Source of the DNA: Alphaproteobacteria bacterium
GTDB taxonomy: Bacteria; Pseudomonadota; Alphaproteobacteria; Futianiales; Futianiaceae
Direction of reading: 5' to 3'
NCBI GenBank assembly: GCA_965204825.1
Contig: OZ242016.1
Span: forward strand, 1,249,252-1,313,251
Length of the DNA: 64,000 nucleotides
Translations under genes and position numbers: made by a program
In this document: piece by piece, positions 57,380-64,000 of the stretch
How the letters are laid out: each line of letters opens with the position of its first letter
How positions within the stretch are numbered: position 1 is the stretch's first letter
The notes under the pieces: model-generated
Told to the model about the DNA's origin: nothing
Seen by the model: the letters and a program-made list of their open reading frames with translations, nothing else
Database searches by the model: none

Positions 57380-60046
57380 TCAGGACCCGTCCGCAAGCGC
57401 GGCCTGGGCCGCAGCCAGGCGAGCAATCGGCACCCGGAACGGCGAGCAGGAGACATAGTCCAGGTCAACTTCGTGGCAGAAGGCGACCGAGGCAGGATCG
57501 CCGCCATGCTCGCCGCAAATGCCGCACTTCAGGCCCTCGCGGGTCGCACGGCCACGTTCAACGCCCATTTGTACCAGATAACCAACACCTTCCCGGTCGA
57601 TGGTGACGAACGGGTCGCGCTCGATCAGGCCCTTGCGCTCGTATTCCGACAGAAAACTGGAGGCATCATCGCGGCTGATCCCCAAAGCCGTCTGGGTCAG
57701 GTCATTGGTGCCGAACGAGAAAAATTCAGCCGTTTCGGCAATCTGGTCGGCCAAGATCGAGGCACGCGGCATCTCGATCATGGTGCCAACGATATAGTCG
57801 AAGGATTTGCCGGTTTCCCTGCGCACCTCGGCAGCCACTGCATCGACGCGGTCCTTGAGGAAGTCCAACTCCGGTTTCCAGACGATCAGCGGGATCATCA
57901 CCTCCAAAATGACTGCCTCACCGGTCTGGCGTTCGGTCTCGATGGCGGCCTCAAATATGGCCCGCGCCTGCATCTCGTATATTTCCGGATAGGATATGCC
58001 CAGCCGGCAGCCGCGATGGCCCAGCATCGGGTTGAACTCGTGCAGTTCGTTTACCCGGGCGCGCAAGGTCGATGCCGGCACGCCGGCGGACCGCGAAACC
58101 TCTTCGATCTCGGCATCATTGTGGGGCAGAAACTCGTGCAGCGGCGGGTCGAGCAAGCGGATCGCCACGGGCAAGCCGCGCATGATCTTGAATAGCGCGG
58201 TGAAATCCTCACGCTGGACCGGTAGCAGGCGGTCGAGGGCGAACCGGCGGCCTTCCGCGGTTTCGCTCAGGACCATTTCGCGCACGGCGACGATGCGATC
58301 TTCGTCAAAGAACATGTGCTCGGTGCGCGACAGACCGATGCCTTCAGCGCCGAAGTCGCGCGCGGCCTGGGCATCGACCGGTGTTTCGGCATTGGTGCGC
58401 ACCCCCATCTTGCGAAACCCGTCGGCCCAGCTCATCAGCGTCCCGAAATCGCCGGTCAGTTCGGGCTGAATGGTATCGACCGCTCCGGCCATGACCTGGC
58501 CGGATGTGCCGTCGATTGTAATGATGTCGCCGGCCGACAGGGTACGTCCCATCACGGTCATCTGCCCACGCGTATAATCGATATTGATCATGCCGGTGCC
58601 GGAGACACAGGGCCGGCCCATGCCGCGCGCCACCACGGCGGCGTGGCTGGTCATGCCGCCGCGCGTGGTCAGAATTCCCTCAGCAGCGTGCATACCGTGA
58701 ATGTCCTCCGGCGAGGTCTCGATACGCACCAAAACGACCTTCTCACCGTTATTGCGCGCATGTTCGGCTTCGTCGGCGGAAAACACAATCTTGCCGGACG
58801 CCGCTCCGGGCGAGGCAGGCAGTCCGGTAGCGACGACATCGCGGGTGGCGTCCGGGTCCAGGGTCGGATGCAATAGCTGGTCAAGTGATGCCGGATCGAT
58901 ACGGGCGATCGCCTCTTCGCGGCTGATCAAGCCCTCTTCGGCCATTTCCACGGCAATCTTCAGCGCCGCCTTGATGGTGCGCTTGCCCGACCGGGTCTGC
59001 AGCATCCACAGCTTACCTTCCTCCACCGTGAACTCGATGTCCTGCATGTCACGGTAATGGGCTTCCAGGTTCTTGTAGATCTCGACCAGTTGATCGAAAG
59101 CGTCCGGCATTGCCTCTTCCATCGATGGCTTGTCATCGCCCGCCGCCTCGCGCGCCGCTTTCGTCAGATTCTGCGGTGTGCGGATTCCCGCCACAACGTC
59201 CTCACCCTGGGCATTGATCAGAAACTCGCCGTAAAATTCGCGCACGCCGTTGGAGGGATTGCGGGTGAAGGCAACGCCGGTCGACGATGTCTCGCCCATA
59301 TTGCCGAACACCATGGCCTGGATATTGACCGCCGTGCCCCAGCTGACCGGAATGCTGTGAAGACGGCGATAGGTCTCGGCCCGCTGGTTCATCCAGGATC
59401 CGAACACGGCACCAAGCGCACCCCACAACTGCTGGCGCACATCCTGCGGAAAGGGTTCGCCCGACGCGTCCTCGACGATCTGTTTGTAGCGCACGATCAT
59501 TGCCTGCCAGTCGTCGGCCTGCATGTCCGTATCCAGAAAATAGCCCTGCTCGTCCTTATAGTAGTCTAGGACTTCCTCGAAATTGCCATGATCGACCCCT
59601 AGCACCACGTCGGAGTACATTTGGATGAAGCGGCGATAGCTGTCATAGGCAAAGCGGGTATCGCTCGATAATTTCGCCAGCCCCTCGACGGTTTCGTCAT
59701 TCAGTCCGAGGTTCAGCACCGTGTCCATCATGCCCGGCATCGACGCGCGCGCGCCGGAACGAACTGAAACCAGCAATGGATTTTCCGCCTTGCCAAATGC
59801 CTTGCCGACAATCTTGCCGACCGCGTCCACCGCGCTGTCCACCTGTGTCGTCAATTCATCGGGATAGGTCCGGCCATTGTCGTAGTAAGCGGTGCAAACC
59901 TCAGTCGTCAGGGTAAAGCCCGGCGGCACCGGCAGACCAAGATTGCTCATCTCCGCCAGATTGGCGCCCTTGCCGCCCAGCAGATTTTTCATATCCCCCG
60001 CCCCTTCGGCGCTGCCCCCGCCAAAGCCGTAAACCCATTGCGTCAT
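57380..60046 (-). CDS. ppdK: pyruvate, phosphate dikinase
   Basis: GGKGANLAEM, ...TRGGMTSHAAVVARG... (the phospho-His domain) and the C-terminal PEP-utilizing TIM barrel match PPDK. It is 889 aa from the MTQWVYGF start. Confidence 0.9.
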   Translation of the reverse strand: MTQWVYGFGGGSAEGAGDMKNLLGGKGANLAEMSNLGLPVPPGFTLTTEVCTAYYDNGRTYPDELTTQVDSAVDAVGKIVGKAFGKAENPLLVSVRSGARASMPGMMDTVLNLGLNDETVEGLAKLSSDTRFAYDSYRRFIQMYSDVVLGVDHGNFEEVLDYYKDEQGYFLDTDMQADDWQAMIVRYKQIVEDASGEPFPQDVRQQLWGALGAVFGSWMNQRAETYRRLHSIPVSWGTAVNIQAMVFGNMGETSSTGVAFTRNPSNGVREFYGEFLINAQGEDVVAGIRTPQNLTKAAREAAGDDKPSMEEAMPDAFDQLVEIYKNLEAHYRDMQDIEFTVEEGKLWMLQTRSGKRTIKAALKIAVEMAEEGLISREEAIARIDPASLDQLLHPTLDPDATRDVVATGLPASPGAASGKIVFSADEAEHARNNGEKVVLVRIETSPEDIHGMHAAEGILTTRGGMTSHAAVVARGMGRPCVSGTGMINIDYTRGQMTVMGRTLSAGDIITIDGTSGQVMAGAVDTIQPELTGDFGTLMSWADGFRKMGVRTNAETPVDAQAARDFGAEGIGLSRTEHMFFDEDRIVAVREMVLSETAEGRRFALDRLLPVQREDFTALFKIMRGLPVAIRLLDPPLHEFLPHNDAEIEEVSRSAGVPASTLRARVNELHEFNPMLGHRGCRLGISYPEIYEMQARAIFEAAIETERQTGEAVILEVMIPLIVWKPELDFLKDRVDAVAAEVRRETGKSFDYIVGTMIEMPRASILADQIAETAEFFSFGTNDLTQTALGISRDDASSFLSEYERKGLIERDPFVTIDREGVGYLVQMGVERGRATREGLKCGICGEHGGDPASVAFCHEVDLDYVSCSPFRVPIARLAAAQAALADGS

Positions 60047-60285
60047 GATTGTTCCCTTAGATCGCCTTTTGGGCGGTTCCATAGCAGAGCGCAACCGGAC
60101 TCGGGAAGCGACTCAGCGGCCTGTGGATCAGTTTGTCACGGGGGTGAGGAAGATGGCCACCGATCTAGCCAGGTGATCTCCCTCTCCCGCGCCAGCGGGA
60201 CGAGAGAACAAGGGAGAAGAAACATGCGCGGGGAATGTCCCCTTTGATGTTGAAACTCGCCCGGGCGGCGCTGCCTGATGGGAGG

Positions 60286-61100
60286 TTATGCGGCGCCCTT
60301 GATCCGGTCAAGCTGGCGCTTTTGGCGGTGCTCGGTGAGAGCCTGCCCGAGAATGGGGAGTTGCCTGCGGGCCTTGATGCGACGGAAACCTTTCCCGGCC
60401 TCGAACATTCCGGCTGCTGTCCAGCGCGGGGCCATTCTGGCGTTCCGCCAGCGCTTCACGTTGCGGCGGACCTGCCGGATGTCGCCGTTCATGGATGCGA
60501 TGATGTTTATGCCGGCCAGGGAGCGGCGCAATTCGAGGGGCAGGCCCAGCCCGACCACGGTCAGGATTTCGTCGAGACCTTCCAGGATCGATCCGGATAC
60601 GTCCGGCGCCTCCTGCCCGAAGCGCCACGCCAGGTTGCGCATCAGGCGTTCGGCCTTGTCGGCATCGTCGGGTTCCCGGGCCTGTTTCGGGGCGCGGCGC
60701 ATGGCGGCATGGCGGCATGCCGCCTGGGCGCAAGCCGGATGCCGCCTGGGCGCAAGCCGGTCGGTGATGTTGCGCGCCTTGTGGTTCTGGCGTCTCTGGA
60801 GGGGAATGTCTCGCGCCGAAGGAGCGGCGCCTGGACTGTGGCAGCGTTCCCCGTGGCTCCTTCGACGATGCCCGGTGGGTGTTCTTGACCGGAAACCTCA
60901 ATGCCGACAGCCCCGATCATCAACAGACGGTCGTCCGGATGCCGCCCGTCGATCCGGATCGCCACAAGGTTCGGCTCCGGGCGATCAGATCCCGCTCACT
61001 CATCGAATTTGGCCTGCGTCAGCGCCTTGAACCGCCGTGATACCGCGGATCTGGACAGGCCGCTGCCCGCCTCGGCCGCAACACCGGCCTCGGGCAGACG
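60286..61100 (-). pseudogene. DDE transposase remnant (resembles Rhizobium y4pF/y4sB-type transposases; family not assigned), split across three frames
   Basis: Colinear pieces are ...SRSAVSRRFKALTQAKFDE (61000-61060), IRIDGRHPDDRLLMIGAVGIEVSGQEHPPGIVEGATGNAATVQA (60642-60965) and ...ADKAERLMRNLA...LEGLDEILTVVGLGLP...RRNVKRWRNARMAPRWTAAGMFEAGKGFRRIKA (60286-60702). Confidence 0.5.
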
Positions 61101-61192
61101 AACGGCGCGGCGGAACTTGCGGGTGGCCACATTGATCACCATCAGGTTCTTCGCCCACTGATCGAGATATCCATCCGCCGAAACCTCCTCCC

Positions 61193-61440
61193 GGCCCGGC
61201 AGCGACATTTCCCGCCTTGAGGTCGCGCGCAATGAAGTGGTCCTGCCGGACGCGGCATTGCAACTGCTGGACCGCAATATCCTGATTTTTATCCAGAACC
61301 GGGATGGTTTGCGCGCCCATGGCCAATTCACTCGTAAGGGCATTTTACTGTATGGCCCACCGGGAACCGGCAAGACCCACACCATCCGGTATCTCACCAG
61401 CAATTTGGAAGATCATACGACACTGATCATCACCGCCGGC
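61193..61440 (+). pseudogene. fragment of an AAA-family ATPase gene (Walker A region only)
   Basis: ...VVLPDAALQLLDRNILIFIQNRDGLRAHGQFTRKGILLYGPPGTGKTHTIRYLTSNLEDHTTLIITA then degenerates. There is no start and no Walker B. Confidence 0.4.
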
Positions 61441-61765
61441 ATCAGGCCCGCCAGCCGGGTCCCGCCAGGACGGCCTTCGCGACAGGCATGGCGCCAGGCA
61501 AGCAGCAGGCCGCGGGAACGCCCGTATCGACGCGCCGTCGAGGATGCAAGCCGGGGCCGGACAGGCTCTCTTCAACAATTCGCACCTTCTTGGTACCCGT
61601 CCAGCGCCGCCGGCGCCCGGTATCCACAGCCTCAAGAAGGCTGAATTGCGCACTGGCTGTAAGAACATCCATAACGACACTCAGCTATGGATCAAGCCCA
61701 TCCGCAAGACGATCCTCACCGGATGCTTGCCAAAGCGGGCACCAGGGATTACCGGCCTTGGGCTC

Positions 61766-64000
61766 CTACTCATTCGGATCCCTTGTCAGGACCTCGCGTT
61801 TGCCCTGGTGGTTGGGGCCGGAGATGATGCCCTGGTCTTCCATTTCCTCGACGATGCGGGCGGCGCGGTTATAGCCGATCTGCAGCTTGCGCTGGATATA
61901 ACTGGTCGAGACCCGGCGGGCGTGGGTGACCACATCGACGGCGGCGTCGAACATGGCATCCCCGCTGTTTGAATTGCCGCCGGCCATGCCGCCAGCGGCG
62001 CCATCATCGTCATCGATATCGCTTTCGGTAACCGATGACAGGTAATCGGGCGGACCCTGGCGTTTCAGGAAATCGACGACCTCTTCGACCTCCTCGTCGG
62101 AAACGAACGGGCCGTGGACGCGGCCGACACGGCCGCCACCGGCCATATAGAGCATGTCGCCCATGCCAAGGAGTTGTTCGGCGCCCTGTTCGCCGAGGAT
62201 GGTGCGGCTGTCGATCTTTGACGTGACCTGGAAGGAAATCCGGGTCGGGAAGTTGGCCTTGATCGTGCCGGTGATGACATCGACCGACGGGCGCTGGGTC
62301 GCCATGATCACGTGGATGCCGGCGGCTCGGGCCATCTGGGCCAGGCGCTGAACCGCGCCCTCGATCTCCTTGCCTGCGACCATCATCAAGTCGGCCATCT
62401 CGTCGATGATGACGACAATAAAGGGCAGATGTTCGGGTTCCAGCTCCTCGATCTCATAGGTGAACTGGCCGGTCTCCTCGTCGACGCCCGTCTGGATTTC
62501 GCGCTCGATCATCTCGCCGTTGGTCAGCGCCTCTACCATGCGCTGGTTGTAGCCGGCGATGTTGCGGACGCCCAATTTGGACATTTTGCGATAGCGGTCT
62601 TCCATTTCCTTGACGACCCATTTCAGGGCGACCACCGCCTTGCGCGGATCGGTCACCACCGGGGCCAGCAGATGGGGAATGCCCTCATAGACGCTGAGTT
62701 CCAGCATCTTCGGGTCGATCATGATCAGGCGGCACTGCTCCGGCGGCAGACGATAGATCAGGGACAGGATCATGGTGTTGATGGCCACCGATTTGCCCGA
62801 GCCGGTGGTGCCGGCGATCAGCAGATGCGGCATGCGCGCCAGGTCGGCAATCACCGGTTCGCCGCCGATGGTTTTGCCGAGTGCCAGGGCCAGCCGATAG
62901 GACGCGTCCTCATAGTCGCGCTCGGCAAAAAGCTCCCGCAGATAGACGGTTTCGCGGCGTGGATTGGGCAACTCAATGCCGATGGTCTTCTCACCGGCGA
63001 TGCGGGCGACCCGGGTTGAAATAGCGCTCATCGACCGAGCGACGTCGTCGGCGAGGCCGACAACTCGGCTGGTTTTCAGGCCCGGGGCGGGATCAAGCTC
63101 GAACAGGGTGACGACCGGGCCGGGGGACCAGCCCTTGATCTCGCCGCGCACGCCGAAATCGTCGAGCACGCTTTCCAGCACCCGCGCCTTTTCGCCAAGC
63201 GCGGCGTTGGACAGCTCCGGCGGCCGTGCGCGGTGTTCGGGTTCCTGCAACAGGGCCAGCGGCGGCAGGGCGAAATCCGATCCGCCTTCCAGATTGAGGG
63301 CGGGCTGCGGTTCCTTTTTGCGCCGGGTCTTTTTCTTCGCCGGCGCTTTCTGCAGGGCTGGCGGGGCGGCCGGCGCAACACGCCGGGACTTGCGCGGACT
63401 GATCGCAACCGCCTCGTCCATCAGCGGTTCGACCCGGGCGTTCACGGGCGCCTCTTCGCGGCGCGGCCAGCGGGGACGGGCGTCGATGATCCGGGCGGTC
63501 AGCGCGACGATGCCGGGAGCAATGCGTAAAACGATCCGGACAATCTGGCCCAGCGGGATGCCGGCGACAAATATCACCGCGGCCAATGCGCAGATCGTCA
63601 TCAGAGCCAGGCCCAGCCAGCCGCCGATCGGCAGACCGGTGATATCGCCAAGCGCGATCGCCTGGGCGTGGATCAACTTGCCCAACACGCCCCCCGGTCC
63701 GGCCGGCAGGGATTCAGGCTCGGATCCGGCAAAAATCGCCAAGACCCCGGCCGGCAACAATACCGCCAGCGGAAACAGCCCTACCCGCAGCGCGCTCCAG
63801 CGCGGCAGGGCGTGAGAGACCAGCCGCCAGCCCCAGATCGCCGTCAGGAAGCAGAAGGCAAAAGCAGCCAGGCCCAATGTCTGATAGCCCAGATCGGAAA
63901 AGGTGGCGCCGGCCGCGCCGAGCAGGTTCTGTACCGGCTGTCCGCCGGCAAAAGACCAGCTGGGATCGGTCGGATGATAGGCCGCAAGGGCAATGCCGAG
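61766..64000 (-). CDS. ftsK: DNA translocase FtsK, 5'-partial (the N-terminal TM region continues beyond the window end)
   Basis: It has the C-terminal gamma domain (...YIQRKLQIGYNRAARIVEEMEDQGIISG...), the motor domain Walker A GTTGSGKS and a Pro/Ala-rich linker. The reading frame is open to coordinate 64000 (…DPSW…). Confidence 0.9.
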   Translation of the reverse strand, partial: LGIALAAYHPTDPSWSFAGGQPVQNLLGAAGATFSDLGYQTLGLAAFAFCFLTAIWGWRLVSHALPRWSALRVGLFPLAVLLPAGVLAIFAGSEPESLPAGPGGVLGKLIHAQAIALGDITGLPIGGWLGLALMTICALAAVIFVAGIPLGQIVRIVLRIAPGIVALTARIIDARPRWPRREEAPVNARVEPLMDEAVAISPRKSRRVAPAAPPALQKAPAKKKTRRKKEPQPALNLEGGSDFALPPLALLQEPEHRARPPELSNAALGEKARVLESVLDDFGVRGEIKGWSPGPVVTLFELDPAPGLKTSRVVGLADDVARSMSAISTRVARIAGEKTIGIELPNPRRETVYLRELFAERDYEDASYRLALALGKTIGGEPVIADLARMPHLLIAGTTGSGKSVAINTMILSLIYRLPPEQCRLIMIDPKMLELSVYEGIPHLLAPVVTDPRKAVVALKWVVKEMEDRYRKMSKLGVRNIAGYNQRMVEALTNGEMIEREIQTGVDEETGQFTYEIEELEPEHLPFIVVIIDEMADLMMVAGKEIEGAVQRLAQMARAAGIHVIMATQRPSVDVITGTIKANFPTRISFQVTSKIDSRTILGEQGAEQLLGMGDMLYMAGGGRVGRVHGPFVSDEEVEEVVDFLKRQGPPDYLSSVTESDIDDDDGAAGGMAGGNSNSGDAMFDAAVDVVTHARRVSTSYIQRKLQIGYNRAARIVEEMEDQGIISGPNHQGKREVLTRDPNE

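Noticed and set aside
57146-58195. 349-aa plus-strand ORF
   Set aside because: It is antisense to ppdK.
60047-60240. imperfect hairpin CTCTCCCGCGCCAGCGGGACGAGAG upstream of ppdK, considered as a riboswitch or attenuator
   Set aside because: It is short and imperfect, with no recognisable riboswitch consensus. It is probably just 5'-UTR structure or part of the adjacent transposase debris.
1-64000. CRISPR arrays, tRNA or rRNA genes
   Set aside because: No short regularly spaced direct repeats were seen. No stretch showed tRNA hallmarks, and there are no rRNA-length non-coding gaps. Nearly all space is protein-coding or IS debris.

Overview
This window is a high-GC (~63%) chromosomal segment that looks alphaproteobacterial, with three kinds of content. 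The first ~18 kb is a mosaic of intact housekeeping genes interrupted by mobile DNA and decayed genes. It holds an acyl-CoA dehydrogenase 3' end, an ftsH-like remnant split by an IS1595-family insertion, a bifunctional phosphotransferase/P-loop protein, and a universal stress protein gene broken by an 8-bp tandem duplication. It also holds an intact ABC exporter (ATPase, FtsX-type permease, HlyD adaptor) with a divergent Crp/Fnr regulator, and a second IS1595-family element of ~2.6 kb that carries an MT-A70 methyltransferase plus a BamHI-like restriction endonuclease as passenger cargo. Transporter fragments, an IS4-like remnant, yghU and a small conserved gene with three frameshifts complete this part. 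The ~21-48 kb block is an accessory-looking catabolic island for ureide/hydantoin/cyclic-amide compounds. It contains two paralogous modules of an isochorismatase-family amidohydrolase, an ATP-dependent hydantoinase/oxoprolinase A/B pair and a paralogous small 4-TM membrane protein, together with a dihydropyrimidinase and a PotABCD-type ABC importer. It also contains a PuuE-like deacetylase in an operon with a COG0523 GTPase, a PEP-mutase/isocitrate-lyase-family enzyme, a CoA-transferase, an HMG-CoA-lyase-like enzyme, a peroxiredoxin, and a 960-aa flotillin-like protein with expanded coiled-coil repeats. The block ends at a divergent pair of YrdC/Sua5-like (threonylcarbamoyl-adenylate synthase fold) paralogs followed by an IS5 (IS427-group) element. 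The 3' end (49-64 kb) is core-like: an MFS transporter, nadA-nadB-nadC, a cell-wall hydrolase, a DMT transporter, MeaB, ppdK, a decayed transposase plus an AAA fragment, and a partial ftsK. I found no rRNA, tRNA or CRISPR. All calls rest on reading the six-frame translations for family-diagnostic motifs, and no database search was run.
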